Shown here piece after piece: positions 36,796-47,679 of a stretch of 64,000 nt of DNA (its first letter is position 1; each line of letters starts with the position of its first letter). The DNA lies in assembly GCA_018664825.1 (NCBI GenBank), contig JABJNO010000024.1, positions 7,204 to 71,203 of the forward strand, in the 5' to 3' direction. A program made the position numbers and the translations under genes. The DNA comes from Candidatus Parcubacteria bacterium (lineage in GTDB: Bacteria > Patescibacteriota > Patescibacteriia > UBA1558 > GWA2-36-10). The notes beneath the pieces were generated by a model. The model did not search any database. It was not told the DNA's origin and saw only the letters and a list, made by a program, of their open reading frames with translations.

Positions 36796-38130
36796 CTAAT
36801 AATCTCCTTGTGATTGTAAAGCTGAAATTTCCTCATCTGTTAAAGCTCTATTATAAAATCTCACTTCATCTATTATACCATCAAAGGTGCCCGAGGTGCC
36901 TGAATAGCTTAGATGAGGTTCATAGGTATCATTAACTAATATTGGAACCGTCCCATCATAGATAACGGACGAAATGGGCCCTGTATCTTTTTCATAAACA
37001 TATACCTGTAGTCTATTATTATTTAGGTCATAAACACAAGCTATATGATAAGTATTTCCTACTACAATAGATGAATCAGCCGAAGCGACCTCAACGTATG
37101 TTGTTCCATCGAAAACTTTGCAATTTGCAGCCTCAGTAGTGGAAAGTAACTCCATCACATAACCTCTCTGGTATGCCCACTGAGTTTTGCTCATAATTTT
37201 ATGTTGAACCGAACCGTTAAATGCTTCCGGCTTTACCCAGGCTGTGATAGTAAATTGATCACTAAAATTCAAATCATCGGGGTCAGTAGTAGATTCAGTA
37301 GCAGGATCATAAGTAATACAAGTTGAAGGATCGTCATCATATTCAAAATCCAGTGCATAAGTACTACCGTCCACTATACCCGCAGCCCAAGTAGGTGTGC
37401 TGCCAGGTGGATAACAACCAGCTGGATTATCACCAATACTATCAACCGTAGTTGTACCCGTGCCCTCTTCAAGTCTCCACCAAGTCACTAAACCGCTTGG
37501 TTTTTCACTATACACTACTACCGTACTAGATGCTGTAGAGGTAGCTGACAACATAGCCTGCCGATTATTTTGACTACTGACTGACAAGGTGGTGGTAATG
37601 TTTATATTGGAATTGGCGGTAGAGGTCGCAGTCGAGGTTGCAAATGTCAGACTAGTATCCAAAACTTCAACATCATCTGAACTAAGATAATACTTGTTCC
37701 CAACGGCAAATGTATCAACACTACAATTGTTATAATGTCCGTTGCCATTCATATTTGGATAACAAGCCATGACAATCCTCCTGTCACTCAGGGTGACTCT
37801 CACTCCGCCACCATTTTTTACGCAAGTACCAGGTAGGTAATCATCATTTTCAAAATACAAAGCCAAAGCCTGAGGAGAAGCACCAAAGGTTGAACAATCT
37901 CCACTTGTATCTTTTAGCATGCCATCTGCATTTTTTACCAAATAATCAATAGCATTGAGTGCTATACGACGGTTACGCGAAGTTTCAACTCCGGCGCCTA
38001 CTTTGACTGCAGTATTTCCTAAAGTGAGGTTGAAACTCACAACAGCAGTAAGTAAAATACCAACAATAGCCAAATATACTATGGCTTCTACTAAAGTAAA
38101 TCCTTTTTTGTTTTTTGTTTTTTGTTTCAT
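36796..38130 (-). CDS. prepilin-type N-terminal domain protein with C-terminal LamG-like (concanavalin-type) jelly-roll domain
   Basis: KGFTLVEAIVYLAIVGILL; FDGIIDEVRFYNRALTDEEISAL LamG signature. Confidence 0.7.
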   Translation of the reverse strand: MKQKTKNKKGFTLVEAIVYLAIVGILLTAVVSFNLTLGNTAVKVGAGVETSRNRRIALNAIDYLVKNADGMLKDTSGDCSTFGASPQALALYFENDDYLPGTCVKNGGGVRVTLSDRRIVMACYPNMNGNGHYNNCSVDTFAVGNKYYLSSDDVEVLDTSLTFATSTATSTANSNINITTTLSVSSQNNRQAMLSATSTASSTVVVYSEKPSGLVTWWRLEEGTGTTTVDSIGDNPAGCYPPGSTPTWAAGIVDGSTYALDFEYDDDPSTCITYDPATESTTDPDDLNFSDQFTITAWVKPEAFNGSVQHKIMSKTQWAYQRGYVMELLSTTEAANCKVFDGTTYVEVASADSSIVVGNTYHIACVYDLNNNRLQVYVYEKDTGPISSVIYDGTVPILVNDTYEPHLSYSGTSGTFDGIIDEVRFYNRALTDEEISALQSQGDY

Positions 38131-41100
38131 TATCTATAGTTAAATCTCGCTCCATACAAAGTGGGAGTATTTGCATTGCTACTACAAGCAGTCAATGCAG
38201 CCTTGTATCTCAAATATCTTTTGCCATTCATAGTGGCGTCTGTACTACTAGTATAATATCCTGCACTAGCATCACTATAAACTTCGCTAGTGACTCCTGT
38301 TGCAAAAGTAACATCATCACTTACCTCAGCTGTAATCTGCAAATCACAACCAGCTGGTACGTTTTGTTCGACGGTCAGACTTTTTATTTCTTTATCTGTT
38401 GAGCCCAAGTCCAAAATAGACGAGTACAAACTACCAGGAGTATTGTACCCCATTTGTGTTTCTGCTCCTATAGTATAAAAAGTAGTAGTTGAATTTATAT
38501 TGTTGTATCCAGTGGTCATCCAATCTGTACTTTTGACATCAGAAGATATTCTTACTTCATCTATCTCTCCATGAAAAAAATAAGCTTTACTTGACCAATC
38601 TTTACCAATATTTACATCATAAACATTACCAATATCATAAGCCGTGGTGTCATCACACGGAGAAGCAGTACAGCCACTTTTGATAACTGTATTTATATAA
38701 GCTTGATAACCTACATCTCTATCTACGGTTGTAGCGATATAAGTCCAGACATCATCTGTAATAGCCGCCGTATCAACATACATACCTCCTAAATTTGTCA
38801 CATTATTATGACCCATATGAAAATATAATTTCTTGGTAGATAAATAGGTCCTAAACAACCAGGCATCGGCATCATTCACATCTCCATTGCCAAACCATAA
38901 CGTAGATGAGTACGTCTGATCTTGTGCTGAATCTGGTTTCATCCAAAACTCTACTGTAAAATCATCTGTGCCCTGAGCTTTGTCACTATTATTTTCTACA
39001 GTAAGATAATCATAATCACCATCAAAGTATTGAGCCCGTCCTACCCTGCCGCTTGACTCGCTAGGAGAATCAATATCATATTTGAACCAACCATTACTAC
39101 TATTGACGCTAGAGCCGACTCCACCTATACCCGAATCTGTCATGTGGGTGACCATTTTATAATTACTACTCCATACTTCATCTATATGTTCCGTGGTACT
39201 AGTGACGTTTGAATTCCCATAAAACATATAAATATCTGTATCAGCTGCCAAAGAATCTACTTTTACCCAGGCTACATATTCACCGGTAGTACTAGCATAA
39301 TATTCTATCTCATGATCTAGTACCAGGGTACCATCCGAATCTGAAGTAAATATTACGTCATAGCCATATTCATTGTATACGTTTCCTCCATTACCAGTAG
39401 TTTTAAAATAATCATTTGTTTCAGATATCACTACCGGAAAGTCAACATGCGCCCCACCTGAGACATTACCATTTTCTCCCAAGGTAATAGTCCTTTTATA
39501 ATCAAAAGTACCGCCAGTTGGATTGGTCCTAGTTTTGCCTATAAAATAAAGTGTCGTAGTGTTGGTCGTACCATCATGACCACCAACAAAAAATCCACGT
39601 GAAGTAGTACTATAAATAGACTGATCAAAGGTAGTATAATTTGATTTTCTACCAAAACCAGGATTACTCAAAACACCGTCTGCTGGGCTAGCCCTGTTGG
39701 TGATATCAATAGCATAAATCCCCCCTGGATTATAATAATGTATAAAAGCCATATCTTCATCAACATCTGGTATGACCTCGGCATAACCTTGACTAGTACC
39801 TACATTATAAGAGCCTATCTCTGATAAAGAGGTACCCTGATCTTCTACAATAATAAACTCTTCAGTTGAGCCTTCATTGCCCAAAACAAATCTATTTTTT
39901 CCTGAAGATTGTTCCAAAAATTCCATGTCCGTGATATCAGAAACATAAGTAGCATGGACATAAGCATTGGTACTTGTTGAGCTAAACCAACGATTATCAT
40001 TGATGCCCATTTTTTTGAACTCGCCCAAATAATCATCGCCCACTATATAAATATATGGCTCGGCTCCTGATTCATCCAAATAAACTTTGTTGATAGCATA
40101 ACCACTACCTGAGCCAGCACTTATCAGCTGAGCGGCATTGGTAACTGTCAAAGTGGCTCCTCCCCCAGTAATTTCAAAAGCATAGCCATAGCCATAACTA
40201 TCAAACATATACAAAGCATCGCCCGCTGCATTGACTACCATGTCCATAGCATAATATGTACCACCCGGATAGGTAATATCATAGCAAGTAGCCCCACTAC
40301 CAGAAATAGCCGTCAAGACAGTCAGGTCAACTACGCAGACGTTGTCTGTACCATCAGCTGGTAGTCTTTTGTTAATATACGCATAGTCACCATCAGGATG
40401 AAAGGCTACATTTTGAGTATGCCACGGCACTGCTCTTTTCCACTCTGGCCTAAAAATGCCTGCTGCTGCTCTAGATATATCATATTTTATAAAATCAAAA
40501 TTGGTAGTCCCAATAAGATAAAGACTCCTACCATCTGCCCCTAATTCATAATTATAAAAATCTTCCCAGGCTTTGTAGGCAGCCCTAGAATCTGGTATCA
40601 AATCAGCCCAGTCAGCCCAGCTTGTTTCTGAGCCTGCTAACTGAGAAAGAGCCAACTCACCAACCGTAGTGGTACTGATGTTGCTATATGATGAAGAAGC
40701 CATGGTCAGGTCTGACCAAAACTCTCTATCTCCTACCCCTGACCAATCTGATTGCTCCCAAGTTTTGTATGACCAATTGGTCACATAAGTAGTAAGTACA
40801 TAATTATCTATCCCTGTACCAGATACTGTGACGACTACTTTTTTTGTGTTTGGATCTTCGGTGCCAGAATCAGTTATATCCCAACTGGCATCTCTTTGAG
40901 CATTGGTAATAGTCACGATTCTAGTCAAATCACCAGAGGTATCCGATGTACCACTAAACTCCCAATAGCCACTAACATTTTTGGCCAGTCCTTTGGCACC
41001 ATCACCAGAAACTGTTTCTATAGTTTGCCAACTATTGTTACGGATAGCCCTGACAATCTCTATACCCTCATCTGCAAACTCTGTGACTGTCTGTCTATCA

Positions 41101-41231
41101 CCGACACCATAAAAATTTTTATACGAATTTGTCGCTACATAAAAAACACCAGTTGCTAAGATAGCAAAAATAGCCAAAGCTATAATTAGCTCTATAACAG
41201 AAAATCCTTTGTTTTTTATATTTATTTTCAT
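38130..41231 (-). CDS. giant (1033 aa) prepilin-type N-terminal domain protein with C-terminal LamG-like domain (putative tip adhesin/minor pilin)
   Basis: KGFSVIELIIALAIFAILATGVF; FHGEIDEVRISSD; Ser/Thr/Gly/Tyr-rich beta-rich body. Confidence 0.7.
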   Translation of the reverse strand: MKINIKNKGFSVIELIIALAIFAILATGVFYVATNSYKNFYGVGDRQTVTEFADEGIEIVRAIRNNSWQTIETVSGDGAKGLAKNVSGYWEFSGTSDTSGDLTRIVTITNAQRDASWDITDSGTEDPNTKKVVVTVSGTGIDNYVLTTYVTNWSYKTWEQSDWSGVGDREFWSDLTMASSSYSNISTTTVGELALSQLAGSETSWADWADLIPDSRAAYKAWEDFYNYELGADGRSLYLIGTTNFDFIKYDISRAAAGIFRPEWKRAVPWHTQNVAFHPDGDYAYINKRLPADGTDNVCVVDLTVLTAISGSGATCYDITYPGGTYYAMDMVVNAAGDALYMFDSYGYGYAFEITGGGATLTVTNAAQLISAGSGSGYAINKVYLDESGAEPYIYIVGDDYLGEFKKMGINDNRWFSSTSTNAYVHATYVSDITDMEFLEQSSGKNRFVLGNEGSTEEFIIVEDQGTSLSEIGSYNVGTSQGYAEVIPDVDEDMAFIHYYNPGGIYAIDITNRASPADGVLSNPGFGRKSNYTTFDQSIYSTTSRGFFVGGHDGTTNTTTLYFIGKTRTNPTGGTFDYKRTITLGENGNVSGGAHVDFPVVISETNDYFKTTGNGGNVYNEYGYDVIFTSDSDGTLVLDHEIEYYASTTGEYVAWVKVDSLAADTDIYMFYGNSNVTSTTEHIDEVWSSNYKMVTHMTDSGIGGVGSSVNSSNGWFKYDIDSPSESSGRVGRAQYFDGDYDYLTVENNSDKAQGTDDFTVEFWMKPDSAQDQTYSSTLWFGNGDVNDADAWLFRTYLSTKKLYFHMGHNNVTNLGGMYVDTAAITDDVWTYIATTVDRDVGYQAYINTVIKSGCTASPCDDTTAYDIGNVYDVNIGKDWSSKAYFFHGEIDEVRISSDVKSTDWMTTGYNNINSTTTFYTIGAETQMGYNTPGSLYSSILDLGSTDKEIKSLTVEQNVPAGCDLQITAEVSDDVTFATGVTSEVYSDASAGYYTSSTDATMNGKRYLRYKAALTACSSNANTPTLYGARFNYR

Positions 41232-41232
41232 T

Positions 41233-42321
41233 TTAATAATCTTTTAAACATCTTACTGAAAAACCCCATCCCTGATCATTGGTTGTTACGCCCATAGTAG
41301 CTGTGGGAGTATCTGTATAATGAGCATATGACTCTGTAGCTGGATCATCGTGTATAGTAGAAGTCCAAACCACCATTAAATCTGCATCATCATAAGTATT
41401 GGTACCTGTATTCATCTCGTTTGATTCAATCAAATCAAAACCAGAAGAACCATTTTTTTTGAGCTCTGTACCATCGCTAGCTGGGGGGAAATTTGCTTCT
41501 AGGGTATTTACTTCCGTATTTGTTGGTATATGCCAACCAGCGGGACAAATACCCTGAACACTAGCTGTCTCCACATAGCCCATCAACTCGTCCCAATGAT
41601 AAAGACCACCCTTGGCATCACAACCGCTAGTTACATCATTTTCGCACCATTTTTCTATTGCACCATTGTCAGTTGGATCAGTGGCAGCACTAGCCAACAT
41701 GGTGCCAGTATTCAAATTTTGTGTCATCCAGCACTGATCTCCTATCTTGACCGTCCGATAGCTATTTCCGTCTATATCAAATACCTTGTCCTCACCACAA
41801 TAAAAAAGTGAAGACACCCCTGTTGGGTTTATCACAACTGAACGTTGATCTCCTGTATTATTTTTGACCACTATCAACTGCTCTGTAGAAGTACTGATAG
41901 TACTAGTGCTGAGCCAACCACTACCTGCACTAAAATGAAATTCATTTATCTGAGTAGATTCTAAATATGTACCCGTCTTTCCTGTGCCTAGCGATACCTC
42001 CTGATCAAAAGAATTGTCCCTAGTAGAATAATAAACTCCTTTATACATTATCACGCAGTCTGCACTACTAGTACAATCCGCATGACTGTCCAATACTTTT
42101 ATTCCCCAAACATCTCCCTTGAATCCAGATGCAGAATAATTTCTAGCTTTATCTATCAAACCCATAATCTCTTGAGTTTTGGCATCAAGATCAGCATCCG
42201 TAATACGCCTAGTCACTAGACTAGTAGCTGAAGAAATCAAAATTACAAATATAGCAATAACAACCAAAATTTCTATTAGGTTAAACCCATCTTGTTTTAT
42301 TTTAAAATTTCTTATACCCAT
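41233..42321 (-). CDS. prepilin-type protein with C-terminal Fibrobacter succinogenes major paralogous domain (TIGR02145-like)
   Basis: GFNLIEILVVIAIFVIL; DGNSYRTVKIGDQCWMTQNLN..GGLYHWDELMG..CPAGWHIPTNTEVNTLE..GFSVRCLKDY. Confidence 0.7.
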   Translation of the reverse strand: MGIRNFKIKQDGFNLIEILVVIAIFVILISSATSLVTRRITDADLDAKTQEIMGLIDKARNYSASGFKGDVWGIKVLDSHADCTSSADCVIMYKGVYYSTRDNSFDQEVSLGTGKTGTYLESTQINEFHFSAGSGWLSTSTISTSTEQLIVVKNNTGDQRSVVINPTGVSSLFYCGEDKVFDIDGNSYRTVKIGDQCWMTQNLNTGTMLASAATDPTDNGAIEKWCENDVTSGCDAKGGLYHWDELMGYVETASVQGICPAGWHIPTNTEVNTLEANFPPASDGTELKKNGSSGFDLIESNEMNTGTNTYDDADLMVVWTSTIHDDPATESYAHYTDTPTATMGVTTNDQGWGFSVRCLKDY

Positions 42322-42332
42322 TTCAAAAATTA

Positions 42333-43562
42333 TTATCTTCCAACACCACTGGTCAATCCATAAATAGGATTGATGATAGCCATTGCCACAAAACCTACGA
42401 TCAATCCAATGAATATCAATAAAGCTGGCTCCAAGGCAGTTGATAAATTTTTGGTGGAGTGATCAACTTCTGATTCATAAAAATCTGACAGATAACTCAA
42501 TGACTCACCAAGTTTTCCAGAATTTTCACCTACCTGAGTCATACTACGGACAATACTTGGAAAATAATATTCTTTGGATAGACAGTCTGACAAGGCTGTG
42601 CCTTTTAGAACTTTGTGATATATGATGTCAATCTCTCTCCTATAAACATCACTAGTAACGGTTTCGGATACAATATGAAGAGACTTATCAATAGTAATTC
42701 CACTATCAAGTAAAGATCCTAAAGTACGGCAAAAAAGAGCAAGATTCATATTGCGTACAATTTTTCCAGTTATGGGTAGCTTCAAAAATACTGTGTGCAG
42801 CACAAGTCTACTTTGCCTTATTGCCAACAGGGCTCTAAACAAAATTACCAAGCCAATAATACCCAATAATACCCAGCGCCAATTGTCTCCCATAAAACTA
42901 GCAACAACTATAAATACCTTTGTAGTCATCGGCAATTCTACGCTTAGGGTTGTGAAAAAATTTACAATCTTTGGCAAGACAACAGCCGAGATGACTATCA
43001 TCAAACCAACAACAGCAACAATAACCAAGGTAGGATAGACTGAGGCAGATTTTATTTTTGATTTCAACTCATAACTTTTTCTTTGCTGGATTGATAACAA
43101 CTGAAGATTTTTTGCCAAGTTACCCCCTTTTTCTCCGACGGCAACCATATTTACAAACAAACGATCAAAATCTTTTTTGTGTTTTGCCAAAGAATCAGAT
43201 AAGGTATGCCCTTTACGAACATCTACCAAAATTTGATTTAGCTTCTTTGACATCAAGGGTGAACCACTGTCTGCCAAAACCTTGAGAGCCTTATCAATAG
43301 ATAACCCTGCCTGGATCATCACCGATAGATGTTTGGCAAACATTACTTTTTCCAAAAGTTTTAACTTGCCAAAAACAAGTCCTCCTTTTTTCTTCTTTCC
43401 TTTTGATTTATATTTATCTTCACTACCAGCCACTGGTTCCAAAGATACGATAATGCCCTCTTTGGAGGCGAGCTTGTTTCTAGCACCATTAATAGAAGAG
43501 GCCTCTATGGTTCCTTTTAATGTTTTTCCACTGGTGTTTGAAATTTTATAAGAATACAACAT
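42333..43562 (-). CDS. pilC: type IV pilus platform protein PilC (GspF family)
   Basis: Two GspF repeats with three TM segments. Confidence 0.85.
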   Translation of the reverse strand: MLYSYKISNTSGKTLKGTIEASSINGARNKLASKEGIIVSLEPVAGSEDKYKSKGKKKKGGLVFGKLKLLEKVMFAKHLSVMIQAGLSIDKALKVLADSGSPLMSKKLNQILVDVRKGHTLSDSLAKHKKDFDRLFVNMVAVGEKGGNLAKNLQLLSIQQRKSYELKSKIKSASVYPTLVIVAVVGLMIVISAVVLPKIVNFFTTLSVELPMTTKVFIVVASFMGDNWRWVLLGIIGLVILFRALLAIRQSRLVLHTVFLKLPITGKIVRNMNLALFCRTLGSLLDSGITIDKSLHIVSETVTSDVYRREIDIIYHKVLKGTALSDCLSKEYYFPSIVRSMTQVGENSGKLGESLSYLSDFYESEVDHSTKNLSTALEPALLIFIGLIVGFVAMAIINPIYGLTSGVGR

Positions 43563-43568
43563 ATATAA

Positions 43569-45257
43569 TTATTGTTTAGTTACTCTAAATATTTCTTCTA
43601 GGGTAGTCTTACCTGATATGGCTTTTTTAAAACCATCCTCAAACATAGTAGTCATACCTTGTTCCATGGCTTTTTTACGGATAGTATCCGCATCGGCCCG
43701 ACTTAATATAAGATTTTTTATTTCTTCATCTATCTGTAACACTTCAAAGATACCTATACGTCCAGCATAACCACTGTTGTTGCAGTTTTCACATCCTTTA
43801 CCTTTATAAAAACGGATATCTTTTATTTCTTGAGTGTCCAAAAATTTGCTAATATCTATCTCACTTTTTAGATCTTCGACTTCTTTTTCATCAAGAGTAT
43901 AACTGACAATACATTTCATACAAATTCTCCTGATCAAACGCTGAGCAACCACAACATTGACCGTGGAGGCTACCAAAAATGGCTCAACATTCATATCAAA
44001 TAAACGTGGTAAAGCAGTAGAAGCATCATTGGTATGCAGGGTGGTCAAAACAAGATGTCCGGTCATCGCAGAGTTGATAGAAATAGCCGCTGTTTCCTCA
44101 TCTCGAATCTCACCTACCATGATGATGTCCGGATCTTGACGAAGAAGAGAGCGTAATCCAGAGGCAAAGGTAAGGTTGGTATTTGCATTTACTTGAATCT
44201 GATTGACGCCAGTCAAATCATACTCTACTGGATCTTCGATAGTACATATATTTACATTTCTGCTATTCAAAATTTTGATGACTGCATAAAGAGTAGTCGT
44301 CTTACCAGAACCCGTAGGACCGGTCACCAATATCATGCCATATGGTCTTTTGGCAGCTTTGCTAATTATCCCAAAATCACGACCATTCATACCTAGACCC
44401 TCAAGGTCAAACTGTTTACCTTTTGATGACAAAAGACGCATTACTATCTTTTCACCTTGTGTAATAGGAATTGATGAAACTCTAATGTCCAACTTCTCGC
44501 CTTCTACGGTAGTTACAATTTTACCATCCTGAGCAGAGCGAATTTCGTCGGTACGTAGCTGGGCCAAAATTTTTATCCTAGCAACTATAATATTCAAAAT
44601 ATTTTTTGGTAGTTTCAAAACATCATACAAAATACCATCTATCCTAAAGCGAACTATGATTTCTTTATCGGCTGGCTCAATATGAATATCAGAAGCATGA
44701 TTGGTGTATGCATAGCTAAACAAATCATCCACTAGGCTGACCACCGAAATATCCTCAGCAGCTGACCCCTGAGCTTTGATAGCGTGTTTTTGGATACTGC
44801 TTGCATACTCCTGTTGGATTGTCTTACGATAAAGACTAAAGCTATTGTCAATACTAAACTGCGTAGCATAATAAGGGTTTACTTTATCTCCAACTTTTTT
44901 TTCAACCATCTTGATCATGGCATAGTCAAAAGGATTGGTCATGGCTATTTTTACCCCTTCTTCATCTCTACCAAAAACAATCATTTTCTGTTTTCTAGCA
45001 ACTACTTCCGGAATCAAGCCTAAGATTTCTGATTTTATTTTTTGTTTTGCCAAATTTACAAAACGAATATGTAATTGGTTGGCTATCAGCTGACCAATTT
45101 CTTCTGCCTTTATCAGATTTTGCTTTATCAAAAAAGTAGCAAAATCTTTTTTTCTTTCTTTTGCGGTCTTCAAGGCAGTATCCAAAATACTAGTTTCGAT
45201 CAAACCTATCTTGGAAATAATTTGATAAATTTTTTCATCAGAAATTATTTTGTTCAT
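43569..45257 (-). CDS. pilB: type IV pilus assembly ATPase PilB (GspE family)
   Basis: N-terminal GspII_E_N domain, Walker A GPTGSGKTT, Asp box, tetra-Cys CMKC..CENC. Confidence 0.95.
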   Translation of the reverse strand: MNKIISDEKIYQIISKIGLIETSILDTALKTAKERKKDFATFLIKQNLIKAEEIGQLIANQLHIRFVNLAKQKIKSEILGLIPEVVARKQKMIVFGRDEEGVKIAMTNPFDYAMIKMVEKKVGDKVNPYYATQFSIDNSFSLYRKTIQQEYASSIQKHAIKAQGSAAEDISVVSLVDDLFSYAYTNHASDIHIEPADKEIIVRFRIDGILYDVLKLPKNILNIIVARIKILAQLRTDEIRSAQDGKIVTTVEGEKLDIRVSSIPITQGEKIVMRLLSSKGKQFDLEGLGMNGRDFGIISKAAKRPYGMILVTGPTGSGKTTTLYAVIKILNSRNVNICTIEDPVEYDLTGVNQIQVNANTNLTFASGLRSLLRQDPDIIMVGEIRDEETAAISINSAMTGHLVLTTLHTNDASTALPRLFDMNVEPFLVASTVNVVVAQRLIRRICMKCIVSYTLDEKEVEDLKSEIDISKFLDTQEIKDIRFYKGKGCENCNNSGYAGRIGIFEVLQIDEEIKNLILSRADADTIRKKAMEQGMTTMFEDGFKKAISGKTTLEEIFRVTKQ

Positions 45258-45262
45258 AGTAT

Positions 45263-45709
45263 TTATTGTGGTTTATTTTGTTTTTCTTCGGCACCCCCAT
45301 TGCCATTTGTTTTTGCCTCTTTACTTTGGCTCTTGGAATGTAAATATTGATTTACTTTGTCCATAATAGCGGTCAGAGTAATATCGTCCTTGATCAGATA
45401 ATCCACTGCTCCCAAATCCAATCCTTTTTTGACATCATCTTCTTGTCCTAGGTTGGATAAAATGATTACAGGAATATTTTTGGTTTTTTCGTCTTCCTGT
45501 AATTCCATCAAAACTTCAAAACCATTTTTCTTGGGCATAATCATATCCAAGATAATTAAATCTGGATCATTGGTCCTGGCTTTTTCCAGGCCTTCCTCGC
45601 CATCAACAGCCAAAATAACATCATAACCTCTATCTCCCAATTCTGACTGATAAACTTTCCTTAAAAAATTATCATCATCTACAAATAAAATTTTTACATT
45701 GTCTGCCAT
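45263..45709 (-). CDS. cheY: CheY-like single-domain response regulator (PilG/PilH-like)
   Basis: ILFVDDD...LIILDMIMPKKNGFEVL...IPVIILS..K receiver-domain residues. Confidence 0.85.
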   Translation of the reverse strand: MADNVKILFVDDDNFLRKVYQSELGDRGYDVILAVDGEEGLEKARTNDPDLIILDMIMPKKNGFEVLMELQEDEKTKNIPVIILSNLGQEDDVKKGLDLGAVDYLIKDDITLTAIMDKVNQYLHSKSQSKEAKTNGNGGAEEKQNKPQ

Positions 45710-45713
45710 AGCT

Positions 45714-47270
45714 TTAAATTATGTTGTTTATATCAATTACTAACACCGGCCCACCATCTTCCGATACAGCCACTCCTTTTATATAATCCTTATCTTTCAA
45801 AATTGTTGGCATTTTTTTATTTACCAATTCTTGCTCTGTGATTTTCCCAAACAAAGGCAAAGCCACCCTGCCTTCTTTTGTTTTTAATAACAAAACATAC
45901 TTATACAAAGCGTCAAATCTTGGCATTGCCAAAGTTTCAAAAAGATAAATCAATTTATATTTTTTTCTATTGTCTACAAAAAACTTACTTTTCTTGAAAT
46001 CTTTTACTTCTTCTAGCTTTACAATTTTTTCTACAATAGACAGGGGCACTGCTAAAGCATGCTCCTTGAAGCTAAACACTATGCTCCTAAAAATAGATAA
46101 GGGTAATGGAAGGGTAATGGTAAAAGAAGTCCCTTTTTTGGAAACACTATCTACTTCAACACTTCCTTTTAGCTCTGCTACCTTGTCTTTGACGAGACTC
46201 AATCCCACACCACGACCAGAACTAATACTAACACTCTTTCCACTAGAAATACCTGGACTAAAAATCAAACCCTTAACTTCTTTTACTGTAAGTTTTTTGG
46301 CTTTTGCCTTGCTTATGATTCTATGTTTCACGGCTTGATCCATTATCTTTTGCCAATCTATACCTTGGCCATTGTCCTGAACTATTACTTTCATCATCTC
46401 GCCATCAAGTCTAGCTTCTAGATTTATGCGGCCATTTTTTTGATCCTTGCTTATTCCATGGGCAACTGCATTTTTCAAAAGCTGAATCAATATTTCAATC
46501 AACTCATCAAGAATAGATTTATCAAGAGCCAAGTCATTGTCTTCTATAATCAATTCTGCTTCTTTACCTTCGTTTTTGGCTATTTCTCTAACCAAAAATG
46601 GTAACGAAGAAAATATCTGAGCCAGAGGAACAATCCTCAATTTTTCAAATTCACGACGAAGATTATTGACCACCTCATCCATACGCATACAATTGGAAAG
46701 CATTTTGCTATTGCCATGTTTTTTGATGACACTCTTATTTTCCATAGTACTAATCATCAGATCATCCAATAAATATTGGATTACATTGAGCTTGTGGATA
46801 GACACTGATATCTCAGCTACCGTTGGTAGGCTACCCAAAATATGTTTTTCTCTTTTGACTATTACTTTTTTACCGTCTTTATTTTTGGTATTTTTTTTCT
46901 TAACAATATTTTTAAAAATTGTTGTTTGTTGTTGTAAATTTATTTCTTTACTTGTTTTTTGAATAGTTTGAATATTTTGTTTAAATTTTTCCAAAGAACC
47001 AATCAAAATATCCATGACTTCTTCGTCTATTATCAAACTTTGGTTGTAAGCAGAATCAATAATATTTTCCATAGCATGAAAAGCATGCACTGTTTTTTTG
47101 TAACCCATAGTAGCAGCTGCGCCTTTCATAGAATGTATCAATCTAAAAATATTTTCTATCAAATTTTGGCTTTTGGTATTTTTTTCCAAAGCAAGCAACA
47201 AGTCGGCCATTTTTTTTAGCTGACTTTTGTAAGTAGATAAATATAGATCTTTGTATTTGTTGTTAATCAT
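45714..47270 (-). CDS. cheA: CheA-type histidine kinase (Hpt - dimerisation - HATPase_c - CheW-like)
   Basis: HSMKGAAATMG Hpt His box; N/G1/G2 boxes NAVAHGI, DNGQGID, SGRGVGLSLV; C-terminal CheW-like domain. Confidence 0.85.
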   Translation of the reverse strand: MINNKYKDLYLSTYKSQLKKMADLLLALEKNTKSQNLIENIFRLIHSMKGAAATMGYKKTVHAFHAMENIIDSAYNQSLIIDEEVMDILIGSLEKFKQNIQTIQKTSKEINLQQQTTIFKNIVKKKNTKNKDGKKVIVKREKHILGSLPTVAEISVSIHKLNVIQYLLDDLMISTMENKSVIKKHGNSKMLSNCMRMDEVVNNLRREFEKLRIVPLAQIFSSLPFLVREIAKNEGKEAELIIEDNDLALDKSILDELIEILIQLLKNAVAHGISKDQKNGRINLEARLDGEMMKVIVQDNGQGIDWQKIMDQAVKHRIISKAKAKKLTVKEVKGLIFSPGISSGKSVSISSGRGVGLSLVKDKVAELKGSVEVDSVSKKGTSFTITLPLPLSIFRSIVFSFKEHALAVPLSIVEKIVKLEEVKDFKKSKFFVDNRKKYKLIYLFETLAMPRFDALYKYVLLLKTKEGRVALPLFGKITEQELVNKKMPTILKDKDYIKGVAVSEDGGPVLVIDINNII

Positions 47271-47679
47271 AAATCTTTAAGTCTTCCATGATTTTATCTG
47301 TCTCTAAAATATAAACTTTTTGTTTGTTTATTTTTATATACTTTTTAAATTGTTTTTTGTTGCGGTCAGTAAAAACCTGATTGACCTTTATGGTTTCTCC
47401 ACCCTGATCAACAATCAAACCATAAAAATCTTTGCTAAAACTAAAGAGTAGACAGTTGTGTTCATCTGGAAGATTATATTTTATATCCAAAAATTTAGCT
47501 GTGTTCAAAACAGTGATAATATTGCCTCCGTGATATATCAAACCAGTTATTCGATTGTCGACATCTGGTAAAATTGCAACTTTATCACAACTAATAAATT
47601 GACTATCACCCAAAAGAGGCATGGCAAATTTCTCATCATTTATGTAAAACAAAATAAATTTTTGCTGTTTTTTTACCAT
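47263..47679 (-). CDS. cheW: CheW-like coupling protein
   Basis: 138-aa CheW domain; 8-nt overlap with cheA. Confidence 0.7.
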   Translation of the reverse strand: MVKKQQKFILFYINDEKFAMPLLGDSQFISCDKVAILPDVDNRITGLIYHGGNIITVLNTAKFLDIKYNLPDEHNCLLFSFSKDFYGLIVDQGGETIKVNQVFTDRNKKQFKKYIKINKQKVYILETDKIMEDLKIYD

